This document shows positions 1 to 8,380 of a DNA stretch of 31,270 bases, one piece after another; position 1 is the first letter of the stretch, and every line of letters begins with the position of its first letter. Position numbers and translations under genes: made by a program. Source of the stretch: an uncultured Candidatus Saccharibacteria bacterium. GTDB taxonomy: Bacteria > Patescibacteriota > Minisyncoccia > Minisyncoccales > CG1-02-41-26. The stretch is taken from positions 1 to 31,270 of the forward strand of contig CAYQJC010000002.1 of the NCBI GenBank assembly GCA_964417825.1. The letters are read 5' to 3'. The notes under the pieces were generated by a model. It worked only from the letters and a program-made list of their open reading frames with translations. It was not told the origin of the DNA and made no database searches.

Positions 1-930
1 TTGGGTTGGGGAAGTCGGTGTCCAAATAAAATCAGGAGTAGGATAAATATGGACCTCGGTATCAAAGGCTGGCCCATAAATCCAACCAGAAGAGGCTCCA
101 TGCTCGTCCCAAACTTTCAATCTCCAATTATAGCTAGTATTGTAGCCAAGTTGATTAACACCAGGATCTTTTACTACCGGAACTTGAGCGTTTTGGACAC
201 TAGAATAACAAACTCTTGAATCATATTCGTCTTTTCCTGCCACCCAATCAGGAGGTAAATCTTTATCAACCTGAAGCTGATAAGCTCCTTGAGTATCTCC
301 AGGATCGGGGTCTTGAAATTGCCAAGTAAAATATTGGACTGGATTGGTACAATAATTCTTAGGCTCAACATTGAGATTGGTGGCAGTCGGGGGAAAACTG
401 AAGGAGGTTTGAACTTTATAATTCGAGGTTGAGCAAACATTTCCAGTCTCGGGATTATCACAATTAAAACTTATCCAACCAATAACATCACCACCCCAAG
501 CCCAACCTTCAAAATCTTTTGGTGAAGTAGAAAAATCTATACTAACTCCATAAGAGCTTCCTCTTAAATGGATCCAACCATCCCAACCGTCTCCATAGGA
601 GAGAGCTCTAGCCCAACCAGAAACCTCCCCCGTCACCAAATCAAGTTTTGCTTGGCAAACTCCTGAAGGGCAGCCGATTAAGTCAGTTTCGTTAAAACTT
701 ATCCAGCCAATATTTTCTGACCAAGCATAGCCAGAAAAAACACCATCGGTCCCAATATGCACTCCATAATCCACACTTCCTCCACCAGTGGTTGAATTAA
801 AACTTATCCAGCCGATATTTTCTGACCAAGCCCACCCAAAAACATTCTCTTGAGAATCTGCCTTTACTTGCTCAATACTGACCAGCCCCAAAAAGGTAGT
901 AACTAAAATCAAAAATATTATTTTTTTCAT
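1..930 (-). CDS. Secreted CPR-type surface protein with GWAWSENIGWISFN repeats followed by an Ig/FN3-like region (3' end outside window)
   Basis: Missed by the ORF track because there is no stop in the window. Manual translation from ATG at 928-930 is open for 310 codons: MKKIIFLILVTTFLGLVSIEQVKA (signal peptide), FGWAWSENIGWISFN, SGYAWSENIGWISFN, EGWAWGGDVIGWISFN, then FTWQFQDPDPGDTQGAYQLQVD...YNWRLKVWD. Confidence 0.85.
   Translation of the reverse strand, partial: MKKIIFLILVTTFLGLVSIEQVKADSQENVFGWAWSENIGWISFNSTTGGGSVDYGVHIGTDGVFSGYAWSENIGWISFNETDLIGCPSGVCQAKLDLVTGEVSGWARALSYGDGWDGWIHLRGSSYGVSIDFSTSPKDFEGWAWGGDVIGWISFNCDNPETGNVCSTSNYKVQTSFSFPPTATNLNVEPKNYCTNPVQYFTWQFQDPDPGDTQGAYQLQVDKDLPPDWVAGKDEYDSRVCYSSVQNAQVPVVKDPGVNQLGYNTSYNWRLKVWDEHGASSGWIYGPAFDTEVHIYPTPDFIWTPTSPTQ
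692..831. repeat. 35-bp direct repeat (692-726 and 797-831, one mismatch) encoding the AWSENIGWISFN motif
   Basis: ttaaaacttatccagcc(a/g)atattttctgaccaagc occurs twice inside the 1-930 CDS. Confidence 0.9.
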
Positions 931-1055
931 AACCGCTTTCTGTTGCAAGAATTTTTTGTTTCGCTCAAGAATTTTAAAATTATATTATCCCGTCAAAATT
1001 CCAATAAATTCTCGATTCTCCTCCTTACTTGTAACTATAGCAAATAGTAGCTCAT

Positions 1056-1970
1056 TCAGCAATAAGGTTTTAATTCGTCTAGTCCATAGATTTCTGCATA
1101 ACTTTTCCAAACCCCAAAGCAATATTTTTTCAACTTGCAAATTTGACATTGTTTTCCATAAACTTTAGAGGCCTTATTATAATCAAAAAGATTACTTTGG
1201 TTTTTTCTATTTTGCTGAATACATTGGTATTCCATAGAATACTCTTCAAACCCTTTTAAAAAACAAAGGGGAAATCCACAGCCAGAATTCATAAAACTAA
1301 TATTTTTCTCTTGGCAATATTTCATTGCTTGAATTACATAGGGTGCGACTTTTGACATTTTCGGAACTATCCATCTATTTTCCCAAGCCAAACCAGCTGG
1401 TTGAACAAAAGAGAAAGAAAACACATTAATATTCTTCTTTCGATCTATCTTGATTACTTTTTTAAAATTCCGATGGATAAATTTTATAGTCTCTGGTACT
1501 TGCTGATAGTTTAAACTGTTGACTAAGATATTGAAGGTAATAAAAACTCCTTGATTCTGAAGATTTTTAATTCCCTGTACTGCATGTTTAAAGCTACCAG
1601 GAGTTCTAGTTAAAGCATCAAAAGTTTTTTTATCAGAAGAATAAAAAGGAACAAAAGCATGAGTCAAACCACTTCTCCGAAGGCGTTGGGTAAAATATTG
1701 ATAACAGCAAAGCATAGCATTAGTCTGAATGCCGATTCCTTCAATACCTCTCTTTTTAGCATATTTAATTAAATTTATTAAATAAGGATTAAGGGTTGGC
1801 TCACCGCCGGTGAATAACACAACCAAATCCTTTGAGTTAGAAGATAATTCATCGATTTTCTTTTTAGCGGTAATGTAATTGAAAGAATGTTCGTCTTTCT
1901 TGCCTCGGATATTACAAAATATGCAGTTCTGATTACAACTTAAATTTAATCTTAAAATAAATTCTCGCAT
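1056..1970 (-). CDS. Radical SAM protein, HxsC-like paralog
   Basis: CNQNCIFC cluster motif, FTGGEPTL, QTNA, TRTPGSF, C-terminal FPLC...CQICKLKKYCFG. Confidence 0.85.
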   Translation of the reverse strand: MREFILRLNLSCNQNCIFCNIRGKKDEHSFNYITAKKKIDELSSNSKDLVVLFTGGEPTLNPYLINLIKYAKKRGIEGIGIQTNAMLCCYQYFTQRLRRSGLTHAFVPFYSSDKKTFDALTRTPGSFKHAVQGIKNLQNQGVFITFNILVNSLNYQQVPETIKFIHRNFKKVIKIDRKKNINVFSFSFVQPAGLAWENRWIVPKMSKVAPYVIQAMKYCQEKNISFMNSGCGFPLCFLKGFEEYSMEYQCIQQNRKNQSNLFDYNKASKVYGKQCQICKLKKYCFGVWKSYAEIYGLDELKPYC

Positions 1971-1973
1971 AAT

Positions 1974-2906
1974 TTAGGGCCTAAGAATTTTTTTAATTAT
2001 TTTATTTTTATCAACAAATACGGGATAAAGTTCTTTGGCATCATAATATTTACCCATCATATATAACCCAGCACAAATATCATTCAAGAAACAGCTTTTA
2101 CAACATTCAGCTTTGGAATATCTAAAATTTTCTACTCTGACAAATCCTTTTTTATCTAAAAAATGAATGGCCATTTCCTCTCTCTTGACAATCTTTCTGG
2201 TCTCAGTAGAGCAGTGTTCAAAACCGGTCATGTAACAAAGAGGTACTCTCTCCACTCTGAAGGTCCGACCAGTTTTTTGTAAATACTCCATAGCCCGATG
2301 TAAAGATAATTCAAAATCATTTAATCGAGGAATGGTATCGGGATTTTCAGTAGCTCTATTCATTGAAGGGTCTAAATTGTTCCAAACGAAATGCCGCAAA
2401 AATGGAAATCTTTTAGTCAGCCAGATCACGTTTTTATCAAGGTGATCAGCATTATATTTGTTAATAACAGTATTAATATCTACTGTGATTCCTCCAATCT
2501 TTTTTAAGTTCTCCAGGGCTTTTTTGATGTTGGAGAAAGAGTCATCATTCTGAGTAAGGAATCCTTGGATGTCTGGTTTAATGGAATATATGGAAAGATG
2601 AAGATGATAAAGTCCTGAATCTTTGAGAAGCTTGAGATATCCAAAATCTGCTATTTTCTGCCCGTTGGTAATGACTCTGGCATGAATTTTCTTTTTTTTG
2701 CAATAAGAAAGGAATTTTGGTAATTGAGGTGATAAAGTTGGTTCTCCCCCAGTAAAAATAACTCCATCATACCCCTTTTTTATAAAATAATTGATATCAG
2801 AAAGGCCCTCTTGGAAAGAAAGGGTTTTTTTAGTGGGAGGGTTAGAACAAAATCTACATTTCTGATTACATTTCCTTGTAACTTGAATATATCCTAAAGT
2901 AGCCAT
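1974..2906 (-). CDS. Radical SAM protein, HxsC-like paralog
   Basis: CNQKCRFC, FTGGEPTL, ITNGQ, C-terminal VPLC...CKSCFLNDICAG. Confidence 0.85.
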   Translation of the reverse strand: MATLGYIQVTRKCNQKCRFCSNPPTKKTLSFQEGLSDINYFIKKGYDGVIFTGGEPTLSPQLPKFLSYCKKKKIHARVITNGQKIADFGYLKLLKDSGLYHLHLSIYSIKPDIQGFLTQNDDSFSNIKKALENLKKIGGITVDINTVINKYNADHLDKNVIWLTKRFPFLRHFVWNNLDPSMNRATENPDTIPRLNDFELSLHRAMEYLQKTGRTFRVERVPLCYMTGFEHCSTETRKIVKREEMAIHFLDKKGFVRVENFRYSKAECCKSCFLNDICAGLYMMGKYYDAKELYPVFVDKNKIIKKILRP

Positions 2907-2909
2907 ACA

Positions 2910-3887
2910 TTAATAAGCAACATTTACTCCTAAATAGAGATACACTTTATTTTCTCTATTAAATCCGTAATCAACTCCCATAGCCGCTGGGAAAAAGGAT
3001 ATTTGTTTATAAGATTCTCTTTTATATTCTGCAAGATTTTTCTCCCTTTTTGTCGAATTTTTTGATAAAAATTTCCATTTCCTTAAGAGAATTATTTATA
3101 TCTTTTATATCCTTGAAATCATATACTTTATTAATTTTGATTGATTTAAGTGAATGTTTGCTAAATCTATACAAGATGTAGAAATGAGCGCTTTTTTCTC
3201 TGTTTAATAAAAGAAAAATGTTAATAGTGCTTCCTGTTCTTTTAGTTTTATTATTTTTGAAAAATTTATTAATGAGTTCTGGATCAAGTTTTTTGTAACG
3301 ATTATATATTTTCAGATTTTCTTCAGCTGAGGAAAAATCAACAGCAATTATCACATCCGAATCTGGATAGCCAGTTTCTTTAACTACTTTTTATGGTCAA
3401 TAGAAAAAAGCCGACAAACTTCATTGATTTTCTTTACTTTTTCTTTTTTGGAATAATCAAGAGATAATTTGTCAAAATAAATCTTTAATCTATTTGGGAA
3501 TCGCCCTTTGGCTTGTTCAAAACCAAAATATAAGCGGTATCTGTCGGTTAAAGGAAAGATAGAGAAGATTTTCTCTAAATTCTCCATATCATAAATTTTG
3601 TAAAAGGCAAAAATTTTTTTAATCTTACTACAAAACTCCTTTTTCTCCCAATATTTATCTCCAGTAGAATAACTTGAAAACCTGAACGAAGAAAATGGTT
3701 CCGAAGGATTAAATGAAAATTCGAACCACATTTTTTGACTCTTTTTTTTACAATTTTTTAACAATATATCTCTTATTTCTATTAAATTATCTCCTTGTCC
3801 TTGAAAAATTTTTTCAATTAAAAAATCCCAAATCTCCTCAAACTTTTCTTTTTGTATTGGATGTTCAGGAATAATAGCTTTGGCCAT
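2910..3887 (-). pseudogene. Stand-alone paralog of the N-terminal (predicted ABBA prenyltransferase-like) domain of 5007-6953, interrupted by three -1 frameshifts
   Basis: ORFs 3384-3887 and 3022-3354 plus unannotated 2910-3030 align colinearly with the 648-aa protein N-terminus (WFEFSF..PFSSFRF, RLKIYF, DSDVIIAVDF, LKIYN, FFPAAMGVDY..YLYLG). One added base each at 3388-3392, about 3032-3041 and 2992-2996 restores a ~326-aa ORF ending at TAA 2910-2912. Confidence 0.8.
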
Positions 3888-3923
3888 AATGATTAAAATG
3901 AATCAACAAAAATCTTTTTCTCC

Positions 3924-4532
3924 TCATTTGTCTGTAATTGGTGTATTTATATCTACAAGATTGGTTGCTATTTCAGTTATTCTAAATTTTTTTCTAATCC
4001 AAACCTCTACAATTTCATAAGCTCCAAAAAAGCAAGAGACATAAAACAAATTACCTAATAAAGTATTTTTAAAAAATGGTAAAGCCATCGAATAACACTG
4101 GAGTAATCCAGAAAAAGTTTTAGGATACCAGGGAGTAAAACCCCAGACAGCAAGATTAGTTATAAGAAAAAATAAAACTGCACCCAAAATTGAACTTCCA
4201 CAAATTGTATAGCAATTCTTATGTTTTTTTAACCAAATTCCTAAAACACTACACAAAAGGAAGCTTCCATACACAAAAACCATTAAAATTGGCCGATAAA
4301 AACCAAGAAATATATCACTAATCAGCATAGCTAAGAGGGGAGTGGTTAAAGCTATTTTTTTTGAAAAATAAACTCCTCCAAATAAAGCAATGGCAGCAAT
4401 AGGAGTAAAATTAGGGAGATGAGGAAGCAATCTTAAGCTAACTCCTACTAAAATTAAAAGCAAGGCAATCGAAAACTCTATAATTTCACCCTTTTTAGAG
4501 AGATTAATTTTTGATATAAATGTTATTGGCAT
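3924..4532 (-). CDS. DUF6580-like putative membrane transport protein (ECF S-component-like, possibly corrinoid or metal uptake)
   Basis: Multi-TM protein with LPHLPNFTPIAAIALFGG and WY...GLLQCYSMALPFFKNTLLGNLFY motifs; adjacent to a DUF4430-like gene. The substrate is inference. Confidence 0.65.
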   Translation of the reverse strand: MPITFISKINLSKKGEIIEFSIALLLILVGVSLRLLPHLPNFTPIAAIALFGGVYFSKKIALTTPLLAMLISDIFLGFYRPILMVFVYGSFLLCSVLGIWLKKHKNCYTICGSSILGAVLFFLITNLAVWGFTPWYPKTFSGLLQCYSMALPFFKNTLLGNLFYVSCFFGAYEIVEVWIRKKFRITEIATNLVDINTPITDK

Positions 4533-4535
4533 AAA

Positions 4536-4972
4536 TTAAAATGGCGACTTTTCAAATCTAAACTCTACTTTATCTCCTGGTTTTATCTCTTTTTTATCGA
4601 CTGAGACCATTGGCATTTCATTATTAACGTAATACATCCAATACTTTCCATCTTGGCCGTTTTTTTTATTTCCAATAGCTTCAATAAGAATTCCAAAATC
4701 ATAAGTTTTTATTTTTAAGGGTATGTTTAATTCCTCCGTTTTATTTTTTAATAAATCAAAGGCAGTCATGCCCTTACTGAATTCGGCTTTAAGGTTCTTT
4801 AGGCTTCCCTCCCCATCATTAATAACCAAAAAATCACCTTCTCTTGAACATTTTCTTGAGTAATTCCAATTTCCTCTTGAGAAATAGGTTGCCCAACCTT
4901 ACTAGAAAATATTAATATTACTAAGCTGCTAATAACAACGATTATTCCTATTATAATATTTACTTTTTTCAT
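4536..4972 (-). pseudogene. DUF4430 (transcobalamin-C-terminal-like) membrane-anchored protein with one homopolymer frameshift
   Basis: ORF 4536-4829 has TAFDLL, FGILIEAIG, GKYWMYYVNNEMPMVSVD..IKPGDKVEFRF. An upstream ATG at 4970-4972 gives MKKVNIIIGIIVVISSLVILIFSS (signal anchor) and joins this frame only if the A6 run at 4828-4833 changes length (+1 or -2). Confidence 0.7.
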
Positions 4973-5006
4973 TTAAACTTTGGCAATTATAAGTTTGTTT
5001 TATCTT

Positions 5007-6953
5007 TCATCTTATTGGTTTAAGGTCACTTAATCCACCACATCTTCTATACCCTTCGTAAATTCCCGGGCATACTTTCTTCCGTGAGCAAAATTGGCAA
5101 CATTTCCCTTTAATCCTTTGGCCCTCGTCGGTTCTATAAAATCTGTCCTCAAAAACTTCACTCATATACAAGATATTATTTGTCTGAAGATTGTCTTTTA
5201 AATCCGGATTATCCACTAAACAATCTGACAGACCATCAAAGCCAGTTTTTATTTTTTTAGAGATAGCGCAGTGCATAGCTTCGTTTATTGCCAAAGAGGC
5301 TTCTTTAAGCGATGGGATTAATTTATTAAAATTTTTCAAAGCTTCTCCTTTTGGCTCAACCAAAGAAAATTTAATTCGATTGATTTTGAATTCTTCTACT
5401 AAATCAACGATCTTTTTTAGGTCTTTAAGATTGAGCTTCGTAACCACCACATTTACTATTAGCTCAATCTGATGGCTAGAAAGATTTTTAAGAGCTCTCA
5501 GGGTTTGATTAAAACTCCCCGGCGTTCTGGTAATAAAATCGTGCCTTTCCGGATTTGCTGAATTTAAAGTAAGATAAACATATTTTAGATTTCTTTTTAA
5601 AAGATTCTCGGAGAGTTTTCGATAACTTAATAATCTTCCATTGGTGATTAATCCCCAAGGAATCTTTCTTTGCCAGAGGGAATTAACTACTTTAGGAAAA
5701 TCTGGATGTAAAGTCGGCTCACCACCAGAAAAAAGAATCATTTCCGCTCCAATTTGTAATGCCTGATTAATTTTGTTTATTATTTGATGAAATCGAAGAG
5801 GAGGAATATTTCTCTTATCTAAAGCATGGCAAAAAAGGCAGTTATTGTTACATTGGTATTGAATTTTTATCAAGGCTTTTTTTAAATCGATTATCTTTTT
5901 CACTTTCTCACATTTTTGATAGGTAACCTTAGAACCCAAATAGAGGTATGGTCTTCTAAAATTATTTTGAGAAAAATCAATTCCTATCGCACTTGGGAAA
6001 AAAGAATATTTGTCCACAAAATTTCTTTTGAGGATTTGCCATGAATTTTTCTCTTTTTTATTTAATTTACTAAAGAATAATTTTAGCTCCTCGGTTAAAT
6101 TTCCCATACCAGTTATTTTCTGGAACTCATAAATTTTAAAAAATTTGATTGATTCCAGTTCTGAATCTTGATTAAACCGATGAAGAAGATACCAAGAACC
6201 ACTTTTCTCTTTATTTAACAAAAGCAAATTATCAATGAGATTTTTTGATGCTTTCAGGTTATTATTTTTAAAGACCCGGGAAATGAGGTTGCGGTTTAAT
6301 TTTTTATAGTGGTTATATATCTTTAGATTCTTTAGATTTTTTGGAGAAGGGAAAAAATCAATACCAATTAAATCAGAATCTGAAAAATGAGCTATCTTAG
6401 AAATTTTTTCATTATTAAACCCAAGAATCTGACACATCTTATTAATTTTTTTTATCCATTCTTGCCTTGGACAACAATGAGATAATCTCCAAAAATAAAT
6501 TTTTAATCTAGCCGGAAATTTTCCCTTAGATTGAACGAATCCAAAGGATACCTGATATTTATCCAGAGGAAAAAGTGAAAGAATTTTTTCAAGCTTATTA
6601 AAATTATCAATTTGAAATAAATCAAAAATCTTTTTTATTTTGCTGACGAACTCCTCTTTCTCCCAATATTTATCATCACCATCGATTCTGGAACATGCAA
6701 ATCTAAAGGAGGAAAAAGGATTTGGGAGAATAAATGAGAATTCAAACCATATCTGCTTTGGGAAGATGTTATCACCCTCATCGAGAAAGATATTTCTAAT
6801 TTTTTTTAGTTTGCCTAAGCTTTCTAAATGAGCTTTTCTAATTAAAAATTCCCAAGCCTCTTCCAGAACTTCTTTCTCTACTCCTTGCTTAAATTTAACT
6901 GGTTTAATAGCTTCTAATCCTCTGTAATTTTTAAAATTTTTTATAATTTTCAT
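5007..6953 (-). CDS. Two-domain protein: predicted ABBA/DMATS-type prenyltransferase-like N-terminal domain fused to an HxsC-like radical SAM domain
   Basis: The C-terminal ~290 aa carry CNNNCLFC, FSGGEPTL, ITNGR, TRTPGSF and CQFCSRKKVCPG (radical SAM, confident). The N-terminal ~345 aa show five beta-hairpin-like motifs with FEFSF..FRF, RLKIYF and LKIY (prenyltransferase call is inference). Confidence 0.7.
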   Translation of the reverse strand: MKIIKNFKNYRGLEAIKPVKFKQGVEKEVLEEAWEFLIRKAHLESLGKLKKIRNIFLDEGDNIFPKQIWFEFSFILPNPFSSFRFACSRIDGDDKYWEKEEFVSKIKKIFDLFQIDNFNKLEKILSLFPLDKYQVSFGFVQSKGKFPARLKIYFWRLSHCCPRQEWIKKINKMCQILGFNNEKISKIAHFSDSDLIGIDFFPSPKNLKNLKIYNHYKKLNRNLISRVFKNNNLKASKNLIDNLLLLNKEKSGSWYLLHRFNQDSELESIKFFKIYEFQKITGMGNLTEELKLFFSKLNKKEKNSWQILKRNFVDKYSFFPSAIGIDFSQNNFRRPYLYLGSKVTYQKCEKVKKIIDLKKALIKIQYQCNNNCLFCHALDKRNIPPLRFHQIINKINQALQIGAEMILFSGGEPTLHPDFPKVVNSLWQRKIPWGLITNGRLLSYRKLSENLLKRNLKYVYLTLNSANPERHDFITRTPGSFNQTLRALKNLSSHQIELIVNVVVTKLNLKDLKKIVDLVEEFKINRIKFSLVEPKGEALKNFNKLIPSLKEASLAINEAMHCAISKKIKTGFDGLSDCLVDNPDLKDNLQTNNILYMSEVFEDRFYRTDEGQRIKGKCCQFCSRKKVCPGIYEGYRRCGGLSDLKPIR

Positions 6954-8368
6954 TTTTTAATCGTTTTAATCGGCTTTAAAATCTTATAGCCGAAATTGCG
7001 AATATAGTTTATATGAACACCCGGACAGCTTTTAAAATATTTACATTTCCGACATCTGATACTTTTGGTATAGTACTTTTTTAAGATGAACCAATCGGTG
7101 TATTTATAAATATCAATAAAACCTCCTCTATAGATTTCAGAAATATCACTATCCTTTTCTGTAACAATCTCGCCTTTGGGATACAGACATATGGGAATGT
7201 TTTCAATCTTAAACCCTGGGAGTTTAACTTTACTAAAAAAACTTCTTAAATTTATATCATTTTTTTTAGATTGAGATAAAAGGTGGTGATTTTCTTGAAA
7301 AAAAACAATTTTATCTCGAAATCTATAAAGTTTTTTTAAATTCCTTAAAATCCAATCTTTGGTTCTTTTATTAATGGCAATCTCAAAACATCCTTTTTGA
7401 GCAAAATTAATTTTTTTTATATCATTCTCATTTTTTATTAAAGTCACAGATTTCTTTGAAAAATCTCTTTTTGTCTCTGGATGTTTAACCAAGAGCAACT
7501 GGAAACAGAAATCTTTTAAAAAACACCATTTACATCTTTCCCCCCAACAAGGCATAAGTTTATCCTCTCTTAAAAATTTGTTAAACAAACCTTCTCTTCC
7601 CTTCACCTCATCGTATAATTTCACCGGATCCTGGATTAAATCCTCAGACCCCTCAAGATAGGGAGGAGGAAATCGGTTGGTCCAAAGATGAACTCTTGAA
7701 TCATGGGAAATCTTAAAAGCTCTTTTAAGATAAGGTAAAGCGTCTTCAATTTTGTAAAAAACTTTCTTTTTGTTTTTCCAAGCATCGCCAAAAGGAATGA
7801 TTTGTAAAAGATCGAATTCATAAACTCCAAGACCCATAAAAAATTTTATAATTTCAGGAAGTCGTCGATAATTAATTTTATTTATAACAATATCTATATT
7901 CACAATCAGCCCCTTGCAACTTAAAGCATTGATTAATCCCGTCATCGCTTGAGAGAAAGAACCCTTAACTTGACTTTGAACTTCATATAATTTTTCAGTA
8001 TGACCATGAATTGAAAAAGTAATTTCATCTACCCCCCTTTCAATGGCTTTTTTAAGAAATCCTTTGTAGCTGAACATTCGGCCATTGGTAATTATCTGGA
8101 CTTTTTTGTAACCAAGTTCTTTAGTAAATTCTACTACTTCTAGAAATTGTGGATGTAAAGTCGGCTCTCCTCCCGAAAGCACCGCTCTTTCAGCTCCGTT
8201 CTTAATTCCCTCCTTTAACTTTTCTTTTATTATCTTTAAGGGAACGAAGGTTCCATCCTGAGAGGGTCTATCCAAACAAAAAATGCACCGGTTATTACAG
8301 CACCGAGTTAACCTAACCCACTGACGTCTTTCCTGGGAAGCTTTTTCTTTCTCCAATAATCTGTTCAT
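6950..8368 (-). CDS. Radical SAM protein, HxsC-like, with an extra C-terminal Cys module
   Basis: CNNRCIFC, LSGGEPTL, ITNGR; two C-terminal Cys sets, CKWCFLKDFC and IPICL...CRKCKYFKSCPG. Confidence 0.85.
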   Translation of the reverse strand: MNRLLEKEKASQERRQWVRLTRCCNNRCIFCLDRPSQDGTFVPLKIIKEKLKEGIKNGAERAVLSGGEPTLHPQFLEVVEFTKELGYKKVQIITNGRMFSYKGFLKKAIERGVDEITFSIHGHTEKLYEVQSQVKGSFSQAMTGLINALSCKGLIVNIDIVINKINYRRLPEIIKFFMGLGVYEFDLLQIIPFGDAWKNKKKVFYKIEDALPYLKRAFKISHDSRVHLWTNRFPPPYLEGSEDLIQDPVKLYDEVKGREGLFNKFLREDKLMPCWGERCKWCFLKDFCFQLLLVKHPETKRDFSKKSVTLIKNENDIKKINFAQKGCFEIAINKRTKDWILRNLKKLYRFRDKIVFFQENHHLLSQSKKNDINLRSFFSKVKLPGFKIENIPICLYPKGEIVTEKDSDISEIYRGGFIDIYKYTDWFILKKYYTKSIRCRKCKYFKSCPGVHINYIRNFGYKILKPIKTIKK

Positions 8369-8380
8369 GATAAGATAAAA

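Noticed and set aside
1-461. ORF-track entries 1..219 (+) and 174..461 (-)
   Set aside because: Shadow or off-frame ORFs of the real 1-930 minus-strand gene, which has a signal peptide and recognisable repeats.
1018-1026. Strong SD-like AAGGAGGAG on the minus strand in the 931-1055 spacer
   Set aside because: No start codon at a usable distance and no ORF follows.
3384-3392. Programmed -1 ribosomal frameshift at AAA AAG TAG as the sole explanation
   Set aside because: It could fix one break, but two further frameshifts downstream lack comparable signals, so mutation or sequencing error is more parsimonious.
5007-6953. N-terminal extension as a cobalamin-binding domain (class B methyltransferase)
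   Set aside because: No Rossmann-type B12-binding pattern is visible; the motifs fit a beta-hairpin barrel better.
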